DNA of 64,000 nucleotides. Source: Candidatus Poribacteria bacterium. Its GTDB lineage: Bacteria > Poribacteria > WGA-4E > WGA-3G. The number at the start of each line of letters is the position of its first letter. The stretch's first letter is position 1. The notes beneath the pieces are model-generated. The model was not told the DNA's origin. It did not search any database and saw only the letters and a list, made by a program, of their open reading frames with translations. The translations under genes were made by a program, and so were the position numbers. The stretch is taken from assembly GCA_963665235.2 (NCBI GenBank), contig CAXXLX010000001.1:3168001-3232000 (forward strand). The letters are read 5' to 3'. Below are positions 39,830-50,137 of the stretch, in pieces.

Positions 39830-40696
39830 ATGATCGATATAATAACTCACAGCCATGCAAGCGAGCTTATTTCACTTTCGGGTGCCTACCTGGAACAGAA
39901 TGGGAGCGAAAACAATTATCCGCTCGGTTTAGCTTATAGGTTCGCTGAAGCTCCACACGCTCACGACTCTGAGCCGCCCCTTTTGTTAAGTATTTTGGAA
40001 CACGGGAAAGTTGTCGGTGTCGCAATAATCATGCAGCGATGGAAAATGCTCTTGAGCAGAATCGGCACGGAAGTCCAGAACGTTATCATTCATCTTGTAC
40101 GCCACCTACGTGAAATAGATGTCCACATACCGTCGATTCAAGGGCCAACAGCAGAAGCTCAAGTCTTTTCTGATTGTTGGATTGAGGGCATGTCCCGCAT
40201 ATCCTCCACAATGGAGATGCGTCTGCGTCTCTTTGAAGCGATAGCCGTTACCGAACTTCCACTTTCACCAGGGAAATTACGTCTTGCTCACATGGATGAC
40301 CATTCACTTATGGCGCGATGGCATGCCGCCTATTTGGAGGAGACATTTGGTAAACCTTGGGATTTTGATTTTGTCAAGAGTTATGCTGAACGAGGCATCA
40401 AGAATCAGGAATTATATATCTGGGCTCATGGAGACCCGGTTTCTATCGTTAGAACAGATCGCCCGACGAAAAATGGCATAGCAATTCACACAGTGTACAC
40501 ACCGCCAAAGCACCGCAATAAAGGATATGCGACTTCATCTGTTTTGACGTTGACGAAGAAATTGCTCTCCGAACGCTATTCATTTTGCTGCCTCGCTACC
40601 GATTTAGCAAATCCAACTTCTAACAGCATCTATGCCAAAATCGGTTATGTGCCTGTGGGCGATGCGTTGTCATTTAATTTTGTGTACACCGAATAG
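39830..40696 (+). CDS. GNAT family N-acetyltransferase
   Basis: VYTPPKHRNKGYA, TDLANPTSNSIYAKIGY. Confidence 0.9.
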   Translation: MIDIITHSHASELISLSGAYLEQNGSENNYPLGLAYRFAEAPHAHDSEPPLLLSILEHGKVVGVAIIMQRWKMLLSRIGTEVQNVIIHLVRHLREIDVHIPSIQGPTAEAQVFSDCWIEGMSRISSTMEMRLRLFEAIAVTELPLSPGKLRLAHMDDHSLMARWHAAYLEETFGKPWDFDFVKSYAERGIKNQELYIWAHGDPVSIVRTDRPTKNGIAIHTVYTPPKHRNKGYATSSVLTLTKKLLSERYSFCCLATDLANPTSNSIYAKIGYVPVGDALSFNFVYTE

Positions 40697-40730
40697 AAAG
40701 GCAATAGGCGAAGGATTAATATTATTCGGT

Positions 40731-40965
40731 TGTACTGCCATCGGAAATTCAGACTCCCCTCTAAAACAAGATTGTGATATAATAACAATCTAAGTGAAAG
40801 GAGTATCCGATGGCGAAACGAAAACGAAGAACCTTCACGTCCGAGTTTAAAGCAGAGGTTGTTCCTGAGGCACTCAGCGGTGAAAGTTCACAAGCAGCGT
40901 TGTGTCGTCGGCATAACCGCAGTGCGGACCAGCTTGTCAAACGACCCACTCCATACCTGCCTTAA
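40731..40965 (+). mobile_element. IS3-family remnant (left end + truncated OrfA, 40810-40965)
   Basis: TG-starting end; MAKRKRRTFTSEFKAEVV.EALSGE.S.A.LCRRH HTH_Tnp_1-like ORF stops after 51 aa. Confidence 0.7.
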
Positions 40966-41013
40966 CTTTGCTAATTTTTGGTCTGAATAAACGTTGGCAC
41001 TTCAAAAGACTGG

Positions 41014-41424
41014 CTACTCCCACAGAGCAATTCCCATCATCGGAAAATGATGGTCGAATGCAAAAGCCTTGGATATGCCATGAATTCGGCATATTACAAA
41101 ACTAGTGCAATCCGTAAAGGATAACGGGGCCGAGTCATACTGACAGAAAAGTGCTTTCGCCTCCTGAAAAACGGCGTTGTCAATTTCTACGACGGTCAGA
41201 AGGCCTGTCTCTATGAGACGTTCAAAACGTTCAAGGAATTCGACCGCAAGCGAGTGATTTGTGTCGTATCTGAGACGCGTAACGGTTTCATCAATGATAT
41301 AATCAGTGGTTAGAAGGCGGATTTGCTGTTGTCGCAAATCGTTGAACACAACTACAGCATCCTCATGATGCTGATCCCTCCTATTCAAGAGAGCAATCCA
41401 AGCACCTGTATCAACAAAAATCAT
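41014..41424 (-). CDS. vapC: PIN-domain (VapC) toxin
   Basis: MIFVDTGAW, D.HH, IIDET, LSFTDCTSF, AFAFDHHF. Confidence 0.9.
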   Translation of the reverse strand: MIFVDTGAWIALLNRRDQHHEDAVVVFNDLRQQQIRLLTTDYIIDETVTRLRYDTNHSLAVEFLERFERLIETGLLTVVEIDNAVFQEAKALFCQYDSAPLSFTDCTSFVICRIHGISKAFAFDHHFPMMGIALWE

Positions 41425-43229
41425 TTTTTATCTGCTTTATAGATAACGTCATTGTGATTGACAGAAGCATCAGCCGGACCGGAATCGGCGATTCCAATCA
41501 TTCCCTCCATAATAGCATATCCCGCTGCTATATGATTCTTTTCAACAATTTCCCGGAACTGCCCACTTTTCACAAGTGCAATAAAGAAATCCAGTACGTC
41601 AGCGGCATCTTTGAGAATCTCGGCAAATACATCGCGTAAACTTCGGTCTTCAATGCCGAAGTTTTTCGCTGTTGTTACATATTTCTGTCCTTTCCGATGT
41701 GCACTTCCACTAGAACGAAGCCTCTGAAGTTTCCGGAGAAAATCGATATGAACGTCAGCCCCTTCAATATCATTAATAAGTAAGGCGGATTCAAGTAGTG
41801 CAATACCTCTTTTATCTTTAAACTCCTCCCGCTTGTCAAAAGGAATCATCTTTTTTAAGTATGCTTCGTTCAGAGAATCTATTAGGATCTTTGTAAGGCT
41901 CAAGACCACTTCATCGAAATCGCGTTGTTCGTCGGTTGCGGGAATTCTCAGGGATTGAAGATGATATGCATCTTCAGTGCGTAGCGGTAACAACCACTCT
42001 TCGCCGAGGTGTGATTGACTCACCTTTTGTAAATCACGGTAACGTCGTTCAAAGATATGCTCAAGCATCACTGAATTTTTGAATTGGGCCCCTAATTGGC
42101 GGTCGAAATATGTCTCGCTTACTCCGCTTGTCGGCGGAATATTGTGCAGTTGCCAGTGTTGCTGTTCGCTATAAGGGAGGTCACGTCCAAGATCGCCCAA
42201 CCACATACAAACGTTATCTTTGTGGTGATTGTCAATATAGACACACCAAAGACTACCACATCGAAGAATAGAATCTTCTACACTGTATTTGCTCGGTTCT
42301 CTGTAATATTTGTCTAAGACCTTCTCTCTGAAAAGAACAGGGGTTAGATAACTTGGTGCCTCTTGAGCCACCCCACGAATATTTTCTGGATCTGCAGGCG
42401 TTTTCAATTGATCCGGATTAGAGGTGGAAATGATGTTATCCCCGTTTTCATCAATACCAATAATGAATTCCGCATATTTTTTTTCTGTTTCCTCAGCGAA
42501 AGGCCAGAAACCGCTTTTTGCCTTTGGCAGCGGAGCGACTAACTTTTTTCCGACCAAACGGCTAAACGCTCTGCGATTAGTCAGGCCTTTATCACCATAC
42601 CGGCGCATCCAACACATAAGTTCGTCCTGCGTATTTTCGTCACCAGCTTGCAATTCTAGCTCTTCCAAGGAATGACGTGAAGTTTCAGAAAAAATAAATT
42701 GAATAGCGAGGTGCATCTCCTTGATTGCCAAGAATTGACGAATCTCTTTGAGTCGTATCTCGATTTTATCAGGTTTGACAATAACCACAACCTCCTCATT
42801 TCCAACGTTATCCATCTTGAGGTATTCATCTGTTTTTCTATCGTGATAGAGTTCGTGAAAAAGACGAAATTCTTCAGATATTTCTCTGTAATCTTCCCGC
42901 AATCCATCAAAATTTCTGTCAATAATCAGGGGTTCAACGCCGTTACGAACGCCATAACGGAGGTATTCACGTTGCAACTCACCGTGTTTATTGCAAGTTA
43001 CACCCCTTGGCATGCCACGAGAAATTTCCAAATCCCATGTTGGAGCAGCGAGTGTCTCCTGAATCTGAGCAGATGGTATCAGTGCACAATAGATGTGGCG
43101 TTTACTACGCTTTTCTTCATCTTCGTATGCTTCATACACAGTGAGCGTCTCGTTTGAATTTAACGCGCGCTGCATTTCCACAAGCCTATCTGCTTGCAAT
43201 AACCGTTTTTTCTCTTTATTAATATTCAT
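41421..43229 (-). CDS. uncharacterised protein with a C-terminal HEPN-like motif and a VapB-like tail
   Basis: AAGGAGG RBS; LGDLGRDLPYSEQQHW block; RSSGSAH; tail MIGIADSGPADASVNHNDVIY; ATGA overlap with vapC. Confidence 0.6.
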   Translation of the reverse strand: MNINKEKKRLLQADRLVEMQRALNSNETLTVYEAYEDEEKRSKRHIYCALIPSAQIQETLAAPTWDLEISRGMPRGVTCNKHGELQREYLRYGVRNGVEPLIIDRNFDGLREDYREISEEFRLFHELYHDRKTDEYLKMDNVGNEEVVVIVKPDKIEIRLKEIRQFLAIKEMHLAIQFIFSETSRHSLEELELQAGDENTQDELMCWMRRYGDKGLTNRRAFSRLVGKKLVAPLPKAKSGFWPFAEETEKKYAEFIIGIDENGDNIISTSNPDQLKTPADPENIRGVAQEAPSYLTPVLFREKVLDKYYREPSKYSVEDSILRCGSLWCVYIDNHHKDNVCMWLGDLGRDLPYSEQQHWQLHNIPPTSGVSETYFDRQLGAQFKNSVMLEHIFERRYRDLQKVSQSHLGEEWLLPLRTEDAYHLQSLRIPATDEQRDFDEVVLSLTKILIDSLNEAYLKKMIPFDKREEFKDKRGIALLESALLINDIEGADVHIDFLRKLQRLRSSGSAHRKGQKYVTTAKNFGIEDRSLRDVFAEILKDAADVLDFFIALVKSGQFREIVEKNHIAAGYAIMEGMIGIADSGPADASVNHNDVIYKADKK

Positions 43230-43360
43230 GATACCCTCCTTTCGTTGAATAGAACATATATATGCAGTATACCACATTTTTTTCTTGCATTCTAATTGAA
43301 TTTAATCTAAACTAATGCATTAATACACAATAGCATTTCTCATAAGGAGAATAAGAGACT

Positions 43361-44446
43361 ATGACTATCCGAGTAGGTATTGTTGGCACAGGTGGCATTT
43401 CACGGGCACACCGGAACGCCTACGCAAAAGCAGGCGGATTCGAAATTGTCGCTGTTTGTGACATCGTCGCTCAAAAAGCACGACAAGCCGCCGAAGAATG
43501 GGACGTTCCGAAAAAGAATGTCTTCACAAGCTATAACAAGATGCTTGAAATGGACGAAATCGATACGGTGAGCGTCTGTACCTATAACCAAGGGCACCGA
43601 CGACCGACAGTCGCCGCGTTGAACGCAGGTAAACACGTTTTCTGCGAAAAACCGATGGCGGCAACCTTGACAGATGCAACCGCTATGGTCCGAGCAGCGA
43701 AAGCATCGGGCAAAATTCTACAAATCGGAATTCACAGCACATTCAGCCCAGGCCTTCAATTTGCAAAGAAGGTGATTGCTGAAGGAATTCTGGGCGACAT
43801 CTACTATTCTGAATCCGCAGGATGTAGACGACGCGGAAACCCGGGACACACGTTCATCTATAAAAGGACAGCGGGAGCAGGGGCTATCGTAGACATCGGA
43901 GTCTACAACATGCACAATTCGCTGTATGCGATGGGCTACCCAAAGCCTGTGCGTGTTTCCGCTATCACCGAGGATTACATCTCACAGCAAGATCCGAGGT
44001 TCAAGGGGATAATGGATGTTGAAGAGTTCGGCGCAGCATGGGTGCGTTTTGAAGATGGCGGCGTGATGGTGTTTAAAATCTCATGGGCCGTTCATCAAAA
44101 CTCGCTTGGCGGCAGCTACTGTCTCGGCAAAGACGCGGGTATCTCGTTGGACGGTCCGGTAGTGTTCTCGGATTCATACAGTAAAGAGCTCCAGAAGCTT
44201 GTCGAATCGGAAGGACTCACAGCAACCCCGGAACCACCAGAGGGAATGACAACTATCCGCTTCTCCGGATTTCAGGGTGTTGATGTTTGGGAAGCGCAGA
44301 TGACCGCCTTCCGAGAAGCAGTCAAAACGGATGGCCCCTCACCGATACCCCCTGAAGGTGTCCTGCTGACGAATGTAATTATGGATGGTATTTTCCGTTC
44401 ACATAAAACAGGGAAAGAGGTAAAGGTGCAGGTTCCCGAAATTTAA
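43361..44446 (+). CDS. Gfo/Idh/MocA family oxidoreductase
   Basis: VGIVGTGGIS, AGKHVFCEKPMA, GAIVDIGVY. Confidence 0.92.
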   Translation: MTIRVGIVGTGGISRAHRNAYAKAGGFEIVAVCDIVAQKARQAAEEWDVPKKNVFTSYNKMLEMDEIDTVSVCTYNQGHRRPTVAALNAGKHVFCEKPMAATLTDATAMVRAAKASGKILQIGIHSTFSPGLQFAKKVIAEGILGDIYYSESAGCRRRGNPGHTFIYKRTAGAGAIVDIGVYNMHNSLYAMGYPKPVRVSAITEDYISQQDPRFKGIMDVEEFGAAWVRFEDGGVMVFKISWAVHQNSLGGSYCLGKDAGISLDGPVVFSDSYSKELQKLVESEGLTATPEPPEGMTTIRFSGFQGVDVWEAQMTAFREAVKTDGPSPIPPEGVLLTNVIMDGIFRSHKTGKEVKVQVPEI

Positions 44447-44497
44447 ACGGCTCCCTTATCGTTGGCGGGGTTTTATACCTCGCCTCCTGAAATCATT

Positions 44498-44525
44498 AAA
44501 GGTGAGGTCTCCGGACCTCACTTTT
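44498..44525. terminator. bidirectional terminator between convergent genes
   Basis: AAAGGTGAGGTC-TCCG-GACCTCACTTTT. Confidence 0.65.
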
Positions 44526-45573
44526 AAAAATTGTCAACAACGAATATCCTGCCCCGTTTACTACCAACCTCTACATTAACCCGTTGCCTCGTTTTCAACG
44601 TTTTGTGCTGTTTGAGAAGTTTTTCTAAAAGGACAGGCTGCGAGGTAAGCAGTACCATCCGCCCACCGGGTTTAAGCACAGTTTTAAATTGGCTGACACA
44701 TCTGCTATAGAGGTTGGCAAGTTGCCCGGAATTTGGGGCTCCTTCAAGTGGTAGATTACAAGCGATTTTATCAATCGTGTTCGGCTGAAGCGGCAAGGTC
44801 TGTGCGTCCCAGTAAAAAAATTGACGCGGTTGATGTCGCCTGCCGAAATTCGTCACAGTCGCTGCGACTGCCTCTGTAGAGATGTCCCCCCCGATAAGAT
44901 AACGGTACCGTCCAGCGCAGGCCCGTTCTAACAGAATAGTACCAGCCCCACACATCGGGTCTAAAAATACATCATTTGGATGCGGTTGTGCTAGCTGCAC
45001 CATGCTGTACGCTACCGTCGGTTTAAGTGCTGCAGGCACACGCACCCGTTTGTCCGAACGCTGCACCATGTCAGCAGGCGATAGTCGAATGCTGATATAT
45101 CCATCACTCCCATGCACCTCAGCCCAGACATTCAGTGCTGAATCCGCCTGTGTCAAGTGCCAACCGTGTTCCAGCAAAACCCTCTCAACAACCTGTTGAA
45201 GGTCACGTTTTTGAAAATTCCGGAATCCAGACATGCGGCTTGTCACCCGAAACATCACGCGTTTCCTCAATTTGATACCGACCTGTCGACAGCAGTCTAG
45301 AGCCTTGCGGAAATTGAAGCGCGACAGGGTTCTGCTCATAATCGATAGGGAGCGGCGAGACCGCGTCATATTAGGAATATGTTTTATCACAAGAAACAGC
45401 TGCTCCGCAGCCCGTAGCGATAGCAAATCTTTCGGATTTCCTGAGTATTGGAAGACAATTCTTTGCGGTTTACGCATCAGAATTTTGAACCGTTCAGTCT
45501 CCCCAAAACGCGCGATGATTTCCTGACGGGCAATGTTCTCCAAGCCCGCAGAGACGAGAATTGAGTATATCAT
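44524..45573 (-). CDS. THUMP-domain SAM-dependent RNA methyltransferase (Trm14/RlmL-like)
   Basis: GLENIARQEI, AALKPTVA, LDPMCGAGTILLE, GGDIS, CNLP. Confidence 0.82.
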   Translation of the reverse strand: MIYSILVSAGLENIARQEIIARFGETERFKILMRKPQRIVFQYSGNPKDLLSLRAAEQLFLVIKHIPNMTRSRRSLSIMSRTLSRFNFRKALDCCRQVGIKLRKRVMFRVTSRMSGFRNFQKRDLQQVVERVLLEHGWHLTQADSALNVWAEVHGSDGYISIRLSPADMVQRSDKRVRVPAALKPTVAYSMVQLAQPHPNDVFLDPMCGAGTILLERACAGRYRYLIGGDISTEAVAATVTNFGRRHQPRQFFYWDAQTLPLQPNTIDKIACNLPLEGAPNSGQLANLYSRCVSQFKTVLKPGGRMVLLTSQPVLLEKLLKQHKTLKTRQRVNVEVGSKRGRIFVVDNF

Positions 45574-45584
45574 TAAAGTCCTTT

Positions 45585-47840
45585 CTATGGTGGTGGCCAC
45601 TGTAAGTGTCGGTGTAAAAACCGAAATGTGCCTCCAGCGTTAATTTGATGTCCCCCATCGAAGAATTCGATTTCGGTATTTTCGGCGATGCCGAGTCGTA
45701 CGTAGAGTCGTCTCACAACAGCGAATTCATGTGCAACCCATTCGTCAGGGGCGACCCCATCATCGTGACCGCGCTCCACCATAAATGGACGTGGCGCGAT
45801 GAGGCCTGCCATCTCCGCGTAGTTGAACGTGTTTCCTAAATCGAACTCCGGCATCTCATATTCGCCGGTGAACATATAACTGTATCGCGAATCAAACGTT
45901 GCGTTTTTGACAATCCATTCGTTGAAATCTGCTGAGCAGATGGAGCAGGCATATTTTTCAAGGACTGCTGGCACCCGCATCGCCGTTTTTCCGCCGTAAG
46001 AGAGCCCATAAAACCCAATCCGCTCCGCATCAACGAACGGTTGTTCCGCTAACCAATCAAGCGTGCGTTGATGTTGGCGGATAATGAGCGAAAAGAGCGA
46101 CCACTTAATCGGATTCGCCTTGCGTTGAATGACACGAAACGCATCAGCACCGATATACGGGTTTTGTGGGGCATAGGCGATAAAACCTCTGTCCGCTAAC
46201 TGTGCCGCGTAGGCGTGATAAACAGAGTTTATCCTCGGATCGGCGGTGTCTTGCGGTCTTCCCTCCAATCCGTGCTGACAGACAACAACCGGCCGCTGTT
46301 CCCCAGGCTTGAGGTCATTTGGAAGTAGCAAAATGCCGTAGGCGAAAACGTCTTTCCAAACATCCAGCACAACTTCATACCCCTTCCACTTGGGTTCATC
46401 ATAAATCAGGCGTGTTCTCGGATTCGCCGACACATCAGGAGCGGGGCACCGTCCGATAACCTCATCCCAGAAATAGGTTTTGGCATCTGCACATGTCTCC
46501 TCCCACCGTGCAAGCGAGGAGGTGTCGGTATTTTTCCAGAAGAATTGCTGACGTTGCGATGCGGCTTCCCGCAAAAAACGTTGTGTCACATTGACAAGCT
46601 GTCCAAACTGTCGCTGCTGCCTCGCCTCATAATCGAACGGTTCATCAAGTGGCGGTGACAGCAGGTGGTATTTGTCAACATGTGCATCTGTCACGCCAAG
46701 CCCGGTGAGAAAAGCCGTTAATGTTTCTGTGGTGCCCGGCAATCCATCCTCGGTGGCAATAAGACGTAGCGCGTTTTCACTGTCGAGCTGTTGATAAAAC
46801 GGGAGAGTGCGGTCGAATTCCGCTTTGACAGATTCCACAGGCGGTGATACCAGCTGTCCGGGTGCCGCGCCGCCTCGGCCATCGCGACGTGGGGGCGGCC
46901 CTTGGACCTCAGGCCCGCGGCTCGCTTCAACGATTAACGGACGTGGGGCGATGAGACTGGCAATTTCCGCGTCGCCGAATTCGTGAAGTAGTCCCCACAC
47001 ATTTCGATATATCGGTTCACGCCAGACCTCTTGACGTGATTGAAAATACCCGCTGACGACTGCCGCCTGAATTCGGGTATCTACTGCCGCACTATAGAAC
47101 GCAATTAACCCGCCTTCGCCGTAACCGACAACGCCAACCGGTTCTGCGTAAGGCGACATCCAATCCACTAATGCCAACACCTTCTGTACCTCATACCCGA
47201 TGATATGTCTACCTAATTGATACGCCATCCGGTAGATAAATTCGCGATGCGGTTGGTTTGTAAATGTCCCGATTTTTGGATTGCCTGAATAAGTGTCATC
47301 ACGGTTAATTAGAAGCGGTATCACGACGCGGCACCCCGCCTTTGCTAACCGTCGGGCAAACTGCGCGTTTGGTGGCAGTTCATCCGTTACCCCAGCTATC
47401 ATCTCCGGTGTCCAATCTGCATCGGGCAGCGCAATCACCTGCGCGATAACAGGTATGTTGCTCATCGGCTCTAACAGAAGACCTTCACCTTCAACTTCAT
47501 CGAAAACGGGCCAACGGACACGAGATACCATGTAATTCTCACCCTTTGCCAGGTGCGCGGAGATGTTCGTTGTAGACACATAAGAGAGGGATTCAATCGG
47601 CAGCCGCGCGTCAATGCAGCCTATCTGTTTCCTGAGACGTTGCCTGTTCGGTTCAACAGAGTCGGCGTATGCCTCATGGGAACTGTAATCGCGATGCCAC
47701 AACGTCGCTCGATTTTCAGCCGCAATTTCTACGGCACGTGTTACATAGTTGTCAAGGTCTTCAACCATCTGTGCAGCAAGGTCACCTTCAAACGTCAAAG
47801 GTGCAGTGCCTTGCAATTCCTGCGTTGTCTGTTTTGACAT
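45585..47840 (-). CDS. two-domain alpha/beta hydrolase (dienelactone hydrolase-like)
   Basis: GYGEGG..LIAPRP (domain 1); VVCQHGLEG, GLSYGG, LIAPRP, DGGH (domain 2). Confidence 0.8.
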   Translation of the reverse strand: MSKQTTQELQGTAPLTFEGDLAAQMVEDLDNYVTRAVEIAAENRATLWHRDYSSHEAYADSVEPNRQRLRKQIGCIDARLPIESLSYVSTTNISAHLAKGENYMVSRVRWPVFDEVEGEGLLLEPMSNIPVIAQVIALPDADWTPEMIAGVTDELPPNAQFARRLAKAGCRVVIPLLINRDDTYSGNPKIGTFTNQPHREFIYRMAYQLGRHIIGYEVQKVLALVDWMSPYAEPVGVVGYGEGGLIAFYSAAVDTRIQAAVVSGYFQSRQEVWREPIYRNVWGLLHEFGDAEIASLIAPRPLIVEASRGPEVQGPPPRRDGRGGAAPGQLVSPPVESVKAEFDRTLPFYQQLDSENALRLIATEDGLPGTTETLTAFLTGLGVTDAHVDKYHLLSPPLDEPFDYEARQQRQFGQLVNVTQRFLREAASQRQQFFWKNTDTSSLARWEETCADAKTYFWDEVIGRCPAPDVSANPRTRLIYDEPKWKGYEVVLDVWKDVFAYGILLLPNDLKPGEQRPVVVCQHGLEGRPQDTADPRINSVYHAYAAQLADRGFIAYAPQNPYIGADAFRVIQRKANPIKWSLFSLIIRQHQRTLDWLAEQPFVDAERIGFYGLSYGGKTAMRVPAVLEKYACSICSADFNEWIVKNATFDSRYSYMFTGEYEMPEFDLGNTFNYAEMAGLIAPRPFMVERGHDDGVAPDEWVAHEFAVVRRLYVRLGIAENTEIEFFDGGHQINAGGTFRFLHRHLQWPPP

Positions 47841-47894
47841 AAATGCCTCCTTATTAACGTGTAAGTCCAACCAACGGGCGGACTGGATATACGT

Positions 47895-48008
47895 CGGGAC
47901 TTACGCAAATTTAGCAGAAACCTTGTAGGGGCGGGGTCTCCCCGCCCGCTATGTCTCGCTCTAGATGCCACTATCATAAGGGTTTATCAACGCGCTGCGT
48001 AAGTCCTG
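47895..48008. mobile_element. MITE-like element, family B
   Basis: CGGGACTTACGCA...TGCGTAAGTCCTG ends; TACGT on both sides; carries a GTAGGGGCGGGG REP. Confidence 0.75.
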
Positions 48009-48013
48009 TACGT

Positions 48014-48163
48014 AATGTGAACTTGAAAATAAATCTGTAGGTTGAGTTGAGCGGTAAACACACTAAAACATAGCCTATTGGACAGATATGCCGTTTTGAT
48101 AGACACACTCTCTGTCAATACCGGTAACGAAACCCAACCTCCTACTTTTATTAAACTCACGTT
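48014..48163. mobile_element. degenerate MITE family A shell with different REP cargo
   Basis: AATGTGAACTTGA...TTAAACTCACGTT; interior GTAGGTTGAGTTGAGCG...CGAAACCCAACCT; no clear TSD. Confidence 0.5.
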
Positions 48164-48474
48164 AACATCACGGAATTGATAACGTGTTATTCTCCCGTAA
48201 TGATAGGAATTGAATTGGTATTTTTTGGTAAGAACGTCACGTCAGCGATGGGGTCCCTCGGCGGTTGCCGGTGTTTGTGAGTTGGGAGCTGCACAGCACA
48301 CGATTGCGATGTTCCACACCCTCATCACCCGACAAGCAGTAAAGAAAGCGGTGACAGGCAGCGGTGCTGCGGATAAGGAAAGCGTAAAGAAAATAATAAA
48401 CAAAATCTGTTATTGAAATGCAAGAACTCCCTGATGTGTGCTGCCCATGCTAAGGTGGAGGACACCATGACCAT

Positions 48475-48504
48475 GGCCTGGAGGGATAAAAATCCCTCCA
48501 GGCC
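48475..48504. terminator. perfect 13-bp hairpin
   Basis: GGCCTGGAGGGAT-AAAA-ATCCCTCCAGGCC downstream of the 48572 gene. Confidence 0.5.
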
Positions 48505-48571
48505 TAGTAGTCAAACTACTTTTTTTGCGCTTTGGGTGTAGGTAACGTGAGCCTACTACACAATGTAAGAG

Positions 48572-49078
48572 TTACCAGGGGATATAAACACTAGTCCGCC
48601 ATCTTACAGATCGGGTTCTAACATCCTTTGCCTTGGCGCAACCATCTGCAAGACAGTATTCTATCGTATCTCTGGGAACATAAGAATCAAACCAATCTAT
48701 GTCTGATGTTGACGCATGTTTACTGAGATATACAAACCACTGCCCCGATTCGCCATCCCATTTGTTATCGGGCTCTACCCAATCCTGGTTTAGCGTTGCG
48801 CTTACGGTATAGCTTCCTTTGAGAAATCCAGAACGCCGGGAATAGACGTTTACGCTTGCATGGACAGAATGTCCTAATATGGATTGTGACGCATCGGTTG
48901 ATGCATCGCTCCATACCTTGTCATCGTTATCGTATGCTCGACGGTGCACGGTATAGTTCGGGTCTCTACCGCGCCTGTTTTCGTGCGGGTCTTCCCACTC
49001 TATAACACCACCCCTATTTACTCCGGGGGAGGCTTTCAGTTGTAAAGTAAATGTTGCTACTACACATAGCAGGAACAT
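48572..49078 (-). CDS. exported hypothetical protein (true start probably 49109, cut off by a one-base indel)
   Basis: partial signal peptide; removing one T from a T6 run gives MRHLTIFLSLMFLLCVV. Confidence 0.55.
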   Translation of the reverse strand: MFLLCVVATFTLQLKASPGVNRGGVIEWEDPHENRRGRDPNYTVHRRAYDNDDKVWSDASTDASQSILGHSVHASVNVYSRRSGFLKGSYTVSATLNQDWVEPDNKWDGESGQWFVYLSKHASTSDIDWFDSYVPRDTIEYCLADGCAKAKDVRTRSVRWRTSVYIPW

Positions 49079-49122
49079 CAGAGATAGAAAAAATCGTTAG
49101 ATGTCTCATTGTAAAAAATCCT

Positions 49123-49890
49123 TTATCGTGGTAGATCTAAAAACTCGTACGGGTCTATGCCCGCCTCTTTATGTTCAATCACTTTTATATCGGATGGAAT
49201 ATCGCTTTCGTAGAGAGGGCCATCGTGATTTTGTAGAAAAGTTTCGGTTTCTGGTGACCCTTGGATGGAACGCGCCACTTTTCTTGTGCCGAAAGGCGTT
49301 TGTTGCGTTTTCCATTCAATTATAAGAGTGTGTGGATAATTCGGATAAACCAATCCATTTGAGATTGTGGCCCCAATCGCCTGTGTTCCTTCGTTCCACA
49401 GCTTCATAAGGACACGATGAACTAATTCTCCGTTTTTGTCCCAATCGTAAGTCCAGAAATTCGGATCCTCTCCGTCTGGATATCCTGCGGGTATTTTGGG
49501 GAACGGTCCGAATCCGTACGGTGACACACGTTTGTCTGCATCATCTGCTTGTGCAGCGTGAGTTGTTACGGGCTCGTGTGTTTCCGATTGTGCAGCGTTT
49601 TCTGGGTTTGGGATTATCTCATTAACCGGTTTCGCTGCGTTTGGCATCGGTTCCGCTGCATTTGGCGTTGCGCCTTGTGCAGTTTGGTCGATTTTCACTT
49701 TTGCCCGGCTGTCTGTTTTCGCCTTTTTGGTATTTTCCAATTGGGGCGTATATTTGAGAGTCTTCGAGGGTTCGTGCTTGTAGGGTAACAGTTCGTATTG
49801 ATACCATACATAACATCCGCAGGCTATGATAATCAGCAGCAAGACCGCGCCAATTATCCATTTATTGGTTATGATGTCGCGAATCATCAT
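49123..49890 (-). CDS. membrane-anchored hypothetical protein
   Basis: AAGGAGG RBS; TM NKWIIGAVLLLIIIACGCY; low-complexity linker; SPYGFGPFPKIP.GYP. Confidence 0.7.
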   Translation of the reverse strand: MMIRDIITNKWIIGAVLLLIIIACGCYVWYQYELLPYKHEPSKTLKYTPQLENTKKAKTDSRAKVKIDQTAQGATPNAAEPMPNAAKPVNEIIPNPENAAQSETHEPVTTHAAQADDADKRVSPYGFGPFPKIPAGYPDGEDPNFWTYDWDKNGELVHRVLMKLWNEGTQAIGATISNGLVYPNYPHTLIIEWKTQQTPFGTRKVARSIQGSPETETFLQNHDGPLYESDIPSDIKVIEHKEAGIDPYEFLDLPR

Positions 49891-50137
49891 AGGCCTCCTT
49901 ATGTTTTGCCACACTTGCACACTGTGTAGCGTTATAGTTTCTATCGGGTATCCACATTGGATTTTACGTTTTGCCGATATTCAGAGTATAACACTTTTTT
50001 CTTTTTTTGTCAACTATTTTTTTTCTCTATACAAACTACACCCCTTTTAAAATTTATTTTTGACTCTGGAAATGTATGCTATAACACGTAGAGCCTCCTT
50101 TTTCCTACCTATATCCACAACGAACCACAAGGAAATA

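Noticed and set aside
48243-48425. signal-peptide-like fragment QILFIIFFTLSLSAAPLPVTAF on the minus strand
   Set aside because: No in-frame start and short; at most a gene relic, with insufficient support.
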